A stretch of 32,000 bases of DNA. Source: Tannockella kyphosi. Lineage in GTDB: Bacteria; Bacillota_I; Bacilli_A; Erysipelotrichales; Coprobacillaceae. Of the stretch, positions 7,749-17,259 are shown in pieces. Both the position numbers and the translations under genes were made by a program. Location of the stretch: positions 1,830,001 through 1,862,000 of the forward strand of contig NZ_CP088239.1 in assembly GCF_021054785.1 (NCBI RefSeq), given 5' to 3'. Under the pieces are notes generated by a model that was not told where the DNA came from, ran no database searches, and saw only the letters and a list, made by a program, of their open reading frames with translations. Numbering within the stretch: the stretch's first letter is position 1; each line of letters starts with the position of its first letter.

Positions 7749-8783
7749 ATGAAAAAATTAAATGTTGCTATCGTTGGTGCTACTGGTGCTGTCGGTGAAG
7801 AAATGTTACGTTGTATTTATGAATTCAACTTTCCTTTTGAAAGTTTAAAACTATTAGCTTCATCTAGAAGCAAAGGAAAAGAAGTTGTTTTTAAAGAAGA
7901 TACTTATATTGTCGAAGAACTAACAGAAACAAGCTTTGAAGGTGTTGATGTTGCTTTCTTTGCAGCTGGAGGAAGTATTTCAGCTAAGTTTGTCCCTTTT
8001 GCCATTGAAGCTGGATGTGTTTGTATTGATAATACAAGTCATTTTAGAATGGATCCTGAAGTACCTTTAGTAGTACCTGAAGTAAATGCTTATGCATTAA
8101 AAGATCATAAAGGAGTTATTGCAAATCCAAATTGTACTACTATTCAAATGGTTAGTGCTTTAACACAATTAAATGATTATTTTGATATTGAACGTATTAT
8201 TGTTTCTACCTACCAAGCTGTATCAGGTGCTGGTGTTGCTGGTATGGAAGAGTTATATCGTCAATCAAGAGAAGTATTGGATGGACAAGAGCCTGTTGCT
8301 AAAACATTACCTTGTGGTAGTGATAAGAAACATTTCCCAATCGCATTTAACTGTATTCCTCAAGTAGATATGTTTGATTTAGATTGTGGCTATTCGAAAG
8401 AAGAATTAAAAATGGTCAATGAAACAAAGAAAATATTTAATAAAGATATAAAAGTAAATGCTACTTGTGTGCGTGTACCAGTACTTAGAGGACATAGTGA
8501 GAGTGTTTATATTGAAACAAAGAAACCAATTGATATGGATAAAGTAATGGAATTATTAGGTAATTCTCATGGAGTTGATTTGTATGATGATTTAACAAAT
8601 CAAATCTATCCAATGGCTAACTTATTTATTGGAGATGAATTAGTTCATGTTGGGCGTGTTCGTAAAGATTTACATAATGATCATGGTTTGAATTTATGGG
8701 TAGTAGCAGATCAATTAATGAAGGGTGCTGCTTATAATTCAGTAGATATTGGATTAAAGATGATTGAAATGGATTTATTATAG
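7749..8783 (+). CDS. asd: Aspartate-semialdehyde dehydrogenase
   Basis: 344 aa. VAIVGATGAVG, active-site context ANPNCTTIQ, YQAVSGAG, and RVPV..GHS. It starts 4 nt after hom. Confidence 0.9.
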   Translation: MKKLNVAIVGATGAVGEEMLRCIYEFNFPFESLKLLASSRSKGKEVVFKEDTYIVEELTETSFEGVDVAFFAAGGSISAKFVPFAIEAGCVCIDNTSHFRMDPEVPLVVPEVNAYALKDHKGVIANPNCTTIQMVSALTQLNDYFDIERIIVSTYQAVSGAGVAGMEELYRQSREVLDGQEPVAKTLPCGSDKKHFPIAFNCIPQVDMFDLDCGYSKEELKMVNETKKIFNKDIKVNATCVRVPVLRGHSESVYIETKKPIDMDKVMELLGNSHGVDLYDDLTNQIYPMANLFIGDELVHVGRVRKDLHNDHGLNLWVVADQLMKGAAYNSVDIGLKMIEMDLL

Positions 8784-8808
8784 GATATCTTCGATATCCT
8801 TTTCTTTT
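8783..8808 (+). terminator. Terminator of hom-asd
   Basis: GGATATC-TTC-GATATCC followed by TTTTCTTTT. The stem begins at the last nt of the TAG stop codon (8781-8783). Confidence 0.6.
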
Positions 8809-8811
8809 ACT

Positions 8812-8847
8812 AAAAAACACAAAAAGCAATCTGCTCTTTGTGTTTTT
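8812..8847. terminator. Bidirectional terminator between the convergent asd and phoR
   Basis: A-run, AACACAAAAAGC, AATCT, GCTCTTTGTGTT (one mismatch), T-run. It is usable on either strand. Confidence 0.7.
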
Positions 8848-8848
8848 A

Positions 8849-10525
8849 TTATTTTATTGGTAAACAAATAGTAATAGTAGTTCCTTTATTTAATGCACTA
8901 TCAATTTCAATAAGTCCATTATAATATTGAACAATATGTTTTACAATTGATAATCCTAAACCTGTACCTCCAGTAGCCTTATCTCTACCTTTATCAACAC
9001 GATAGAATCTTTCAAATATACGTTGATGATCTGCTAATGGAATACCAATACCAGTATCTGCTACCTTTATCTTTACATAACCGCCTTCTTCAAAACAACT
9101 TACAGTTACTTGTCCAGATTCTACATTATATTTAACTGCATTAAAGATTAAGTTATTAAATAATTGATGAATATGTTGATGGGAACAAATATATTCTATT
9201 TCTTCACAATGATTTTTAATCATAATATGACGTTTATCTGCTTCTACTTGTAAACTAGCAATTACTTCTTGAGCTACTAAATGAAGTTGTATTGTTGTTC
9301 TTTCTTCAATAAAGTCTTTGTTTTCTAAACGAGAAATAGTAAGAATATCATTAATTAAACCTTCCATATTAGATACTTCATTTTGAATCTTATCTAATGC
9401 GGTTTGACGCATTTTTTCTTGATCAATAATACCTGTTTGTAATAATTCACTATATCCTCTAATAGATGTCATTGGAGTTTTTAATTCATGAGATACATTT
9501 GTAAAGAATTCTTGACGCATCTTTAATTGATTTCTAGCCATTGTTTCATCCACAAATAAAACAGTTATTCCATATTCTACTTTATTAATATAACAAGCAA
9601 AAATAGCATTATCTTTTTTAATATCGACTACTTGTTTTTCAATAGTAACCTTTTTGAAAGCTTCTAATATCTTTGGTTCAAAAATATAATCCAATGCTGA
9701 TCTAGATATTTTCATATGTTTAGAGAATATCTTTTGTGCTTGTTTATTTACTAATAGAATAGTAAAGTTATCATCCAAAAGAATAAATCCTTCATTCATA
9801 TTATCTAATATTCCAGTAATCTTCATCTTTTCTAAACGCAACTTATGAACACCATCTTTAATCATCTTAGATTGACGAACAATTGCATCTGTAACCGTAT
9901 TATATTCTTCAAAAGGATATTGCCTAAAACTTACTCCTTCAAAAACATTCATATTCTCTACACGTTCACTAATTTCAGTTACTGGTAAAGACAATCTTTT
10001 TGCTAATGATCTAGCTAAGATAATAGCTAATAATAGTGCCATACATAAACTAGTAAGTGATGGTATTAATAAAAGATCTAAGTTATCAAAGATACCACTA
10101 TATTCAATAGATAAACGACATACATATTCTCCATTAAAATAGGCAACATACATTAAATTAGTTTCTAATGTTTCTGAATAACGAATACTCATTCCTTCTC
10201 CAGATTCTATTGCTTCTATTACTTCATCACGATCACTATGATTTTCTAAATCTTGTTCATCTGTATCTGCTACTACATTACCTTCTATATCAATAACCGT
10301 AATTCTAGTATTTTCACCATAAGTAAGAGGATTCATAGCATCAATTTGTGCTTGTAAATCTTCTTCAAAATCCAATTCATATTCCACTAACTTAATAGCA
10401 AATAACATGTCTCTTTGAGACATGTCTTGCCATAATGATGAAACCATTAGATTTAATATCAATGTACAACTCAATAAACAAACAACAACTAAACTTACAA
10501 AATATTTTAATATTGCTTTATTCAT
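8849..10525 (-). CDS. phoR: Sensor histidine kinase, PhoR-like
   Basis: 558 aa. Two TM helices flank an extracytoplasmic domain, then a PAS-like region. H-box FTNVSHELKTPMTSIRGY, N-box LIFNAVKY, and G-boxes DTGIGI and GGTGLGLSIV. It overlaps the response-regulator gene by 4 nt at the end of the pst operon. Confidence 0.8.
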   Translation of the reverse strand: MNKAILKYFVSLVVVCLLSCTLILNLMVSSLWQDMSQRDMLFAIKLVEYELDFEEDLQAQIDAMNPLTYGENTRITVIDIEGNVVADTDEQDLENHSDRDEVIEAIESGEGMSIRYSETLETNLMYVAYFNGEYVCRLSIEYSGIFDNLDLLLIPSLTSLCMALLLAIILARSLAKRLSLPVTEISERVENMNVFEGVSFRQYPFEEYNTVTDAIVRQSKMIKDGVHKLRLEKMKITGILDNMNEGFILLDDNFTILLVNKQAQKIFSKHMKISRSALDYIFEPKILEAFKKVTIEKQVVDIKKDNAIFACYINKVEYGITVLFVDETMARNQLKMRQEFFTNVSHELKTPMTSIRGYSELLQTGIIDQEKMRQTALDKIQNEVSNMEGLINDILTISRLENKDFIEERTTIQLHLVAQEVIASLQVEADKRHIMIKNHCEEIEYICSHQHIHQLFNNLIFNAVKYNVESGQVTVSCFEEGGYVKIKVADTGIGIPLADHQRIFERFYRVDKGRDKATGGTGLGLSIVKHIVQYYNGLIEIDSALNKGTTITICLPIK

Positions 10526-11205
10526 TCTTTTGACTCTATAAAACGATATCCGACACTACGTAATGTCTTAATGTACTTTGTACCATCATCATCTAACTTT
10601 CCTCGAAGGGCACGAATGTGCACATCTAAAGCTCTAGATTCACCAACAAAATCATATCCCCAAATTTCATTTAATAATTCTTCTCGTTCTACTACTCGTT
10701 GGCTATTTTCTAATAAATAAAGTAATAACTGATATTCTTTGTTTGTAAGTTCTATTATGTTATCTTGTTGTTTTACTGTACGTGTATCTTTATCAATTGA
10801 TAAAGATTGTGTTTTTAAGGCATTTGATTTTTTTACTTTACGACGAAGTAAAGAACGAACACGAGCAGATAATTCTAATACACCAAATGGTTTTGTTAAA
10901 TAATCATCCGCACCTTTATCTAATCCATTTACTTTATCTATTTCACGATCTTTTGCACTTAAGATCAAGATTGGTAATTCTTTGTTTGATTCACGAATTT
11001 TTTTAATAGCCGTAATTCCATCCATTTCTGGTAGCATTACATCAAAGATTGCTAGTTCTGGAGCTTGATTCGCTATTTGTTCAAGAGCATCCATTGCATT
11101 ATCAAAAAGCGTAACATGATAACCATTACTGCTTAATGCAAGATCAATTATCTCTCTTATATTCTCGTCATCCTCTATTACAAATATACGTTCATTCATC
11201 TCCAA
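10522..11205 (-). CDS. phoP: OmpR-family response regulator, PhoP/PhoB-like
   Basis: 227 aa. Receiver domain (IFVIEDD, FDVMLPEMDG, SAKD, KP) plus a winged-helix C-terminus (LT.KEY.LL..L..N...V..RE.L...WG, ..T.R.VGYRF). Confidence 0.85.
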   Translation of the reverse strand: MEMNERIFVIEDDENIREIIDLALSSNGYHVTLFDNAMDALEQIANQAPELAIFDVMLPEMDGITAIKKIRESNKELPILILSAKDREIDKVNGLDKGADDYLTKPFGVLELSARVRSLLRRKVKKSNALKTQSLSIDKDTRTVKQQDNIIELTNKEYQLLLYLLENSQRVVEREELLNEIWGYDFVGESRALDVHIRALRGKLDDDGTKYIKTLRSVGYRFIESKE

Positions 11206-11215
11206 TTCTCCTCTT

Positions 11216-11875
11216 CTATAATAATCTTTTGTTATTTAAATTACCAGTTTCATTAAATTCAACCCATTCACAAATATTAACAGCATGATCTCCAATTCTT
11301 TCTAAATATTTAGCAATCATTAAAAAATCAATACAAACATCTGCTTTTTCTGGTGTTTCTTTTAATATTTCATTTAATTCTAATTTTACTTCTTTAAAAT
11401 AAGCATCTAATTGATCATCTACTTTTTTAGTAGCTTTGGCTAATTCTAAATCACCTTTGGTAAAAGCTTCAATAGAATCTTTTACCATTCTTTTTGCTAC
11501 ACTAGCCATTGATGGAATATGTTCTACCATTTTAAATGTATATTCACCATCTAAACTAATAATTAATTCTGCAATATCTGCACTTTGATCTCCAATTCTT
11601 TCTAAGTCAGTAACTACTTTTAAAGCAGAAGATACATTACGTAAATCAGTTGCTAATGGTGTTTGACTTAATAATAAAGATAAGCATCTAGCTTCAATTG
11701 ATCTTTCACAGTCATTGATGATTTTATCATGGTCAATAATTTCTTTTGCTAATTCTTTGTCTTGTGTTTTAAAAGCAGTAATGCAATCTTCAATTGCTGT
11801 TACTACTAAATGACACATTTTATTTAAGTCTACTGTTAATTTATTTAAATCTCGTTCAAATTTTGTACGAATCAT
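11216..11875 (-). CDS. phoU: Phosphate signalling/transport accessory protein PhoU
   Basis: 219 aa. Duplicated PhoU repeats with the paired motifs DLERIGDQS and YLERIGDHAVNI. Confidence 0.9.
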   Translation of the reverse strand: MIRTKFERDLNKLTVDLNKMCHLVVTAIEDCITAFKTQDKELAKEIIDHDKIINDCERSIEARCLSLLLSQTPLATDLRNVSSALKVVTDLERIGDQSADIAELIISLDGEYTFKMVEHIPSMASVAKRMVKDSIEAFTKGDLELAKATKKVDDQLDAYFKEVKLELNEILKETPEKADVCIDFLMIAKYLERIGDHAVNICEWVEFNETGNLNNKRLL

Positions 11876-11926
11876 AATTTTCTCCTCTTTTTAGATAAAT
11901 CATCTCTATAATTATACTACTAATTT

Positions 11927-12691
11927 TTAACCAAATCTACCTGTAATATAGTCTTCAGTACGTTTGTCTTGTGGTCTTGCAAAAATATCTTGAGTAGGAC
12001 CATATTCAATCATTTCTCCTACTAAAAAGAATGCAGTATAATCAGCAATACGACTAGCTTGTTGCATGTTATGAGTAACAATAGCTATTGTATATTTGTC
12101 TTTTAAATCTAATAATAATTCTTCTATTTTTAATGTTGAAATAGGATCTAATGCACTTGTTGGTTCATCTAAAAGAATAACATCTGGTTCTACTGCTAAT
12201 GCTCTAGCAATACATAAACGTTGTTGTTGTCCTCCAGAAAGACCTAAAGCACTTGTATGAAGACGATCATGTACTTCATCATATAAAGCAGCAGCTTTTA
12301 AGCTTTCTTCTACTATAACATCTAATTCTTTTTTGTTTTTAATTCCATGAATTCTAGGACCATATGCTACATTATCATAAATAGTCATTGGAAAAGGATT
12401 TGGTTGTTGAAATACCATTCCTATTTTCTTTCTTAATACTGTAGTATCCACTCTAGAATCATAAATATCTTCTTCATCTAAAATTACTTCTCCAGTAATT
12501 TTACAGCTTTTTACATAATCATTCATTCTATTTAATGTCTTTAAGAATGTTGATTTACCACATCCAGAAGGACCGATAAATGCAGTAATACTATTTTCTT
12601 TTATATCTAAATTTACGTTTTTTAACGCATGTTTTTCACCATAATATAAATCTAAATTACGGGCTATAATTTTATTTTCCATTTTATTCAC
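11927..12691 (-). CDS. pstB: Phosphate ABC transporter ATP-binding protein PstB
   Basis: 254 aa. Walker [10 protein letters not shown], signature LSGGQQQRL, Walker [12 protein letters not shown], and PstB-typical NLDLYYG and TGRFG at the ends. Confidence 0.92.
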   Translation of the reverse strand: MNKMENKIIARNLDLYYGEKHALKNVNLDIKENSITAFIGPSGCGKSTFLKTLNRMNDYVKSCKITGEVILDEEDIYDSRVDTTVLRKKIGMVFQQPNPFPMTIYDNVAYGPRIHGIKNKKELDVIVEESLKAAALYDEVHDRLHTSALGLSGGQQQRLCIARALAVEPDVILLDEPTSALDPISTLKIEELLLDLKDKYTIAIVTHNMQQASRIADYTAFFLVGEMIEYGPTQDIFARPQDKRTEDYITGRFG

Positions 12692-12693
12692 CT

Positions 12694-13560
12694 TTAGTCT
12701 ATTCTATTTACATCAAATTTCTTTGTAATCCATTTTGCAAGTAAGTTTAAGCATAATACAATTACAATTAACACTAATGCAATAACGTTACATAAATCAA
12801 AGTTTGCTTTTTCTAACTGCAAGTATAAGTCTACTGTTAATGTCGCTGCACTTGAAAACAAGTGAGAGAATATTCCTGTAGGTAATACTTTCCCAGAACC
12901 AGCTGTATAAATTAAAGCAGCAGATTCAGCTACAATTCTACCCATTGCTAAAATCAACCCTGTTAAAATACCAGGCATTGCACTTGGTAATAAAACAGTA
13001 CGAATCATATACCATTTTGTAGCACCAATTCCTAATGCTGCTTCACGATAACTTTTTGGAACATAAGTTAATGCAACTTGGGTACTACGTATGATGGTTG
13101 GTAGAATCATAATAGCAAGTGTAAATGATCCTGTTAAGACAGAATAATTAAGTCCAAATACATTTCCAAAAAATAACATCCCAAATAAACCAAAGATAAT
13201 AGATGGTATACCTGATAATATTTCTGTTGTAAAAGAAACAACTTCTACAAACTTTTTGTTTTGTGCATATTCTTGTAAATAAATAGCACTTGCAATTCCA
13301 ATTGGACAAGCAATTACTAATGTTACAAAGATAATATATAATGTATTAATAATAGATGGTAATAAACCATCAATTTTATATAAAGTACTAGGTACTTGAA
13401 TTAGATATTTCCAATCAAATACAGGTACTCCCTGATAAACAATATATCCTAATATTAACGCTAAGATACCTACTGCTAGTAAACTAGAACCTTGAATTAA
13501 ACCAAAAGTAATCGTATCAATTCTACGTTTTTTACCATCAAATATACTTTTACTAGTCAT
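12694..13560 (-). CDS. pstA: Phosphate ABC transporter permease PstA
   Basis: 288 aa multi-TM protein. EAA-like loop [16 protein letters not shown]. It is the second permease in pstSCAB order. Confidence 0.85.
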   Translation of the reverse strand: MTSKSIFDGKKRRIDTITFGLIQGSSLLAVGILALILGYIVYQGVPVFDWKYLIQVPSTLYKIDGLLPSIINTLYIIFVTLVIACPIGIASAIYLQEYAQNKKFVEVVSFTTEILSGIPSIIFGLFGMLFFGNVFGLNYSVLTGSFTLAIMILPTIIRSTQVALTYVPKSYREAALGIGATKWYMIRTVLLPSAMPGILTGLILAMGRIVAESAALIYTAGSGKVLPTGIFSHLFSSAATLTVDLYLQLEKANFDLCNVIALVLIVIVLCLNLLAKWITKKFDVNRID

Positions 13561-14485
13561 GTAGATCTCCTTTCTTAATAATCGTTGTTAAGATAATATT
13601 AATAACCATAATAAATACAAATAACACTAAAGCGATTGCATATAGTACACTCATATGGGTACCAGTTGCATATTTCATGTCCGTTACAATTGCAGTCGTT
13701 AAGAAACGTACAGAATTGAATGGCCATGGGAAGTTTACTACGTTACCTGCAACCACACAAATAGCCATTGCTTCTCCAATTGCTCTACCAACACCTAATA
13801 CGATAGCCGAAGCAATCCCTGTTTTAGCAGTTGGTAAGACAACTTTAAATATTGTTTGCATTTTACTAGCACCTAATGCATAAGAGCTTTTACGGAAATC
13901 ATCCGGTACTGCTTGTAATGCTGTTTCTGTTATATTGATCAAAGTGGGTAAAATCATGATAGCTAAAACAATAACGGCAGATAATAAGTTGGCTCCACCT
14001 GTAAAAGTATGCGAAGAATCCCCTGAATAAATAAGCTTTTCTAACTTATACATCCAAGGATTTAAAACCATATAACCAATCATCCCGTAAACTATCGAAG
14101 GAATCCCAGCTAATAGCTCTACTGCTCCTTTTACTAGACCACGTGTTTTTGGTTTTGCTATTTCCGCTAAATTAACTGCTGTTAAAATACCAATTGGTAC
14201 AGCTAAAATAACTGCCATTGTAACACCAATAATCGATGTTAAAATAATATATAAAATCCCATAAGATGGATCAGATGCAGTTGGCGCCCAATCAGTAGAA
14301 AATAGAATTTCTCCAAATCCTACTTCAAAAAATGTAGGTACACCCTTATAAAACATAAACGCTGTAATAAAAACTACGCTTACGATAGATACAACAGAAC
14401 AGCCGCAAAATATCATTGCGGCTGTCTTTTCTACCATAGACTTAGTTTTTCTATTAGCGATAATAGATAACTTGTCTTTTTTCAT
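13553..14485 (-). CDS. pstC: Phosphate ABC transporter permease PstC
   Basis: 310 aa multi-TM protein. Loop SSYALGASKMQTIFKVVLP. It is the first permease after pstS and overlaps pstA by 8 nt. Confidence 0.85.
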   Translation of the reverse strand: MKKDKLSIIANRKTKSMVEKTAAMIFCGCSVVSIVSVVFITAFMFYKGVPTFFEVGFGEILFSTDWAPTASDPSYGILYIILTSIIGVTMAVILAVPIGILTAVNLAEIAKPKTRGLVKGAVELLAGIPSIVYGMIGYMVLNPWMYKLEKLIYSGDSSHTFTGGANLLSAVIVLAIMILPTLINITETALQAVPDDFRKSSYALGASKMQTIFKVVLPTAKTGIASAIVLGVGRAIGEAMAICVVAGNVVNFPWPFNSVRFLTTAIVTDMKYATGTHMSVLYAIALVLFVFIMVINIILTTIIKKGDLHD

Positions 14486-14501
14486 GTATCGTTCTCCTAA
14501 A

Positions 14502-15347
14502 TTACTCAGCTGAGATTAATCCTAATGTTGAAATGATAGCTTGTCCATCTTCACTAGAGATGAAATCAAATATAAATTGTACAGCTTCTGATTGTTCTTC
14601 AATAGTTCCTACTGTAGCCATTACGAATGGTCTAAATAATAAGTAAGTTCCATTAGAAATATTTTCAGAACTAGCTTCTGCTCCATCTAATGATAAAGCT
14701 TGAACATCTTCATAATCAGCAACAACATTTAATGATACATATCCAATAGCACCTTCTGTTTCTGTAACTTTCCCAATTACAGCACCAGTTGATTCGATTT
14801 CTTGCCCATATGCACATTCGTCTTCAACACCAACGATTTCTTCGAATGCTCCTCTTGTTCCTGAAGCACTATCACGTCCGATAACTACGATAGCCATATC
14901 TTCTCCACCAACTTCTGACCAGTTTGTGATTTCACCTTTATAGATTGCAGCTAAATCATCCATTGATAAATCAATTCCAGATGCATCCATATCAGCACTA
15001 ACGATAACAGCAATTCCATCATAAGCAACAATGTTTTCAGTTAATGTTTCTAACTCTTCATCTTTTAAGTTTCTTGAAGCATTCCCAATATTAGCAGTTC
15101 CTTCGATAGCAGCAGCAGTTCCTGAACTTGATCCTGTGTATTCACAAGAAATTGTTAATTCTGGATTTGTTGAAGCTAATGTTTCAATAATTGATTCTAC
15201 TAAATCTTCCATTGATGTTGAACCATTCATTGTAACAGTTCCTGATACAGCAGCAGTGTCATCTCCACTTTCACTGTCATCTGAGCTACATCCTGTAACT
15301 CCTAATGCAAGCATTAACACTAATGCTCCCGTTAATAATTTTTTCAT
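14502..15347 (-). CDS. pstS: Phosphate-binding lipoprotein PstS
   Basis: 281 aa. Signal peptide with lipobox LGVTGC, an acidic Ser/Asp linker, then PBP motifs GSTS, GSSSG and RDSASGTR. Confidence 0.85.
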   Translation of the reverse strand: MKKLLTGALVLMLALGVTGCSSDDSESGDDTAAVSGTVTMNGSTSMEDLVESIIETLASTNPELTISCEYTGSSSGTAAAIEGTANIGNASRNLKDEELETLTENIVAYDGIAVIVSADMDASGIDLSMDDLAAIYKGEITNWSEVGGEDMAIVVIGRDSASGTRGAFEEIVGVEDECAYGQEIESTGAVIGKVTETEGAIGYVSLNVVADYEDVQALSLDGAEASSENISNGTYLLFRPFVMATVGTIEEQSEAVQFIFDFISSEDGQAIISTLGLISAE

Positions 15348-15433
15348 TTTTATTTTCCCCTTTGGTTTTTTTAAAATTTCTTTCTTAGCTCTCTAAGACA
15401 GTTACTATATTACTCATTTTCAATACTTCTTAA

Positions 15434-15472
15434 TAGCAATTTTCCATATACTTTATGTTAAGAATAGGTAAA
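15434..15472 (-). promoter_or_regulatory. Pho-box-like array of four hexamers at 11-bp phasing upstream of pstS
   Basis: Minus strand TTTACC-tattc-TTAACA-taaag-TATATG-gaaaa-TTGCTA. The first two hexamers match TT(A/T/C)ACA in 5/6 and 6/6 positions. The last two are degenerate. A possible -10 TAATAT lies at 15412-15407. Confidence 0.5.
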
Positions 15473-15477
15473 GTTAT

Positions 15478-15509
15478 AAAAAAACTAGAAAACTTTATTT
15501 GTTTTCTAG
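15478..15509 (-). terminator. Terminator of the WYL cassette
   Basis: Minus strand CTAGAAAAC-AAATAAA-GTTTTCTAG followed by T7. The stop codon of the WYL gene lies in the loop. Confidence 0.8.
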
Positions 15510-16496
15510 CTGATATAATGTATTTAATTGCAAAATTGTGTTAATTATTTCTTCTCTAAGGCTATTTGGAGCTAAAACTTCCATGTTTTTATTTAACATT
15601 AATAACCAAGCTACTAATCCTTGAGATTTAGTAACATCCATTATTTCTGCTTTATAATATCCTTCTACATCTTTCTTTACTTTAAAATTCTTACCAAATT
15701 GATTTACTACTTCTCTAGTTACCTCTTTTTTAAAACGAATCGTTAGATCAATCTGTTCATCACTGACAAACATATTAATAGCTTTATGAATATCTTGTGC
15801 CATATCATATTGTTCACTAATATCAATATATTCTGATTTATGCGTTTGTAATAAACGCATACGATCAATACGATAGGTACTTCTACTACCTTTTCTTTTA
15901 TTAAAATATCCTATTAGATAATAATATTGTCCTTTTAATGTTATTTCATAAGGACTTACAATATAGATATTATTATGTTCTACATCATTTCCTTTTTTAC
16001 TTTCTACTTCAATAAACTGTTTTCCTTTAATATTATAATCAACATAACGAAAAGCAATATTTTTCTTTTCACTAATCGCTTTTGTTAGAATAGTAATATT
16101 TAATAACAAACGACTATCTAAGCTTTCTATATTCTCATTAATAAAAAGACGATCTAATTGGTTTTGACTACTCATCGATAATAAACGATATTTTAAATCT
16201 TCTCGATCTTCTTTACTTAAATTAGGGTTTGATAGTGTGGCATCTAACATATATTGCATTTGTCCATCTGTAAAGTAATCATAAGATATATAATATCCTT
16301 TTTTTCTTTGTGCTAAAATATATTTGGTTTTTAATATAGGATAATAAAATTCATTAATACGACGAATAGTTTCATATACTGTTTTAATATCTACTTTCAT
16401 TCCTTTTTCTAACAATAATGCTTGGATCCTTTTTGCACTAATTGGATCTTTCGATTCTTTAATAAATGTTAATACAAAATAACTACGTTCATTCAT
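15495..16496 (-). CDS. WYL-domain transcriptional regulator (wHTH, WYL, C-terminal extension)
   Basis: 333 aa. N-terminal winged-helix region (..ISAKRIQALLLEKGMKVDIKTVYETIRRI..). WYL-domain signatures IVSPYEITLKGQYYYLIGY and STYRIDRMRLLQ. The ~110-aa C-terminal domain matches the BrxR/CapW-like size class. Confidence 0.8.
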   Translation of the reverse strand: MNERSYFVLTFIKESKDPISAKRIQALLLEKGMKVDIKTVYETIRRINEFYYPILKTKYILAQRKKGYYISYDYFTDGQMQYMLDATLSNPNLSKEDREDLKYRLLSMSSQNQLDRLFINENIESLDSRLLLNITILTKAISEKKNIAFRYVDYNIKGKQFIEVESKKGNDVEHNNIYIVSPYEITLKGQYYYLIGYFNKRKGSRSTYRIDRMRLLQTHKSEYIDISEQYDMAQDIHKAINMFVSDEQIDLTIRFKKEVTREVVNQFGKNFKVKKDVEGYYKAEIMDVTKSQGLVAWLLMLNKNMEVLAPNSLREEIINTILQLNTLYQLENK

Positions 16497-16497
16497 C

Positions 16498-17142
16498 TTA
16501 ATGTCCTCCTAATGATAATGCATATTGTTTGGTAGTGTGTTTACATAACTTATGATATAAAAATGGATGTGTTGCAAATAATTCATCTGCATATTCTTCT
16601 ATATCATTGCATTCTACTTGTTTTACATGTGGATATGCTTCTTTATGTCTGTTTTCGATACAATATATTTGTATTGCTAGTACATGATATTCTTTATGAT
16701 TACAAGATTGACTAGTAGCGAGTAGTTCAATTACTTCTGCTAATCTTGATTGACTTTTATAGATTAAATGACGTACTAAACAATAGAACTGAATGTTTTT
16801 ATCTTTTGTTTTCATTAATGTTTCAAATAATTGCCATTTATAATAGGCTACAGCTTGATGATAAGGTAATAAAATAGTTAGATAAACAATAGCTTCTTCT
16901 AATTCTTTTCCATCTTCTATTGTTTTAATATATTGTTTGAATAGTTTTAGTAGTTCTAATAATAGTTCTTCTTTTGATTCTAGTTGTTTTTTCCATTGAG
17001 ATAGTTCAATAGAAGTATGTAGTAAATGATGTAATTCTATTTCATAGTCACTTTCTTTTGTTAGAAATAAAATATATTCTTTTATTTCTAACATTGATTT
17101 ATATGTTGTTAGTTGATAGCTTTTGTTTTTCATCTTCGTCAC
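16498..17142 (-). CDS. Uncharacterised all-helical, His/Cys-rich protein (211-214 aa)
   Basis: The ORF track start is a GTG at 17142. The ATG at 17133 (MKNKSYQ..), 8 nt after AAAGGGG, is the more plausible start. The stop is 1 nt before the WYL ATG, with GGAGG inside its last codons. No catalytic or family motif recognised. Confidence 0.65.
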   Translation of the reverse strand: MTKMKNKSYQLTTYKSMLEIKEYILFLTKESDYEIELHHLLHTSIELSQWKKQLESKEELLLELLKLFKQYIKTIEDGKELEEAIVYLTILLPYHQAVAYYKWQLFETLMKTKDKNIQFYCLVRHLIYKSQSRLAEVIELLATSQSCNHKEYHVLAIQIYCIENRHKEAYPHVKQVECNDIEEYADELFATHPFLYHKLCKHTTKQYALSLGGH

Positions 17143-17157
17143 CCCTTTGTTAAAAAG

Positions 17158-17166
17158 AGTATATCA
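17158..17166 (-). promoter_or_regulatory. Extended -10 promoter element for the WYL cassette
   Basis: Minus strand TGATATACT (TGn + TATACT), about 25 nt upstream of the ATG at 17133. There is no good -35. Confidence 0.45.
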
Positions 17167-17227
17167 AAGATTAAAAATAATTGTTTTTCTACTATTTATT
17201 TTAACACCGTTTTAATGGCTTTTAAAT

Positions 17228-17259
17228 AAAAAAGTAACTCTATTTTATAGAATTACTTT
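17228..17259 (-). terminator. Terminator of the Lrp-aminotransferase operon
   Basis: Minus strand AAAGTAATTCTAT-AAA-ATAGAGTTACTTT (one mismatch) followed by a T-run. The 5' arm overlaps the last codons of the aminotransferase gene. Confidence 0.7.

Noticed and set aside
16498-17142. An Rx6H string (RHKEAYPH) in the unknown WYL-partner protein, considered as a possible HEPN RNase motif.
   Set aside because: A single short, loosely matching motif in a His-rich region is not enough. No other HEPN features can be judged by eye, so this needs profile or structure comparison.
15495-17142. Whether the WYL cassette is a compositionally distinct, horizontally acquired island.
   Set aside because: Spot counts of G+C gave about 28% in a 60-nt stretch of the cassette and about 25% in a 60-nt stretch of carB. 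This shows no visible difference. No flanking repeats, integrase or tRNA were seen, so there is no evidence for recent acquisition.
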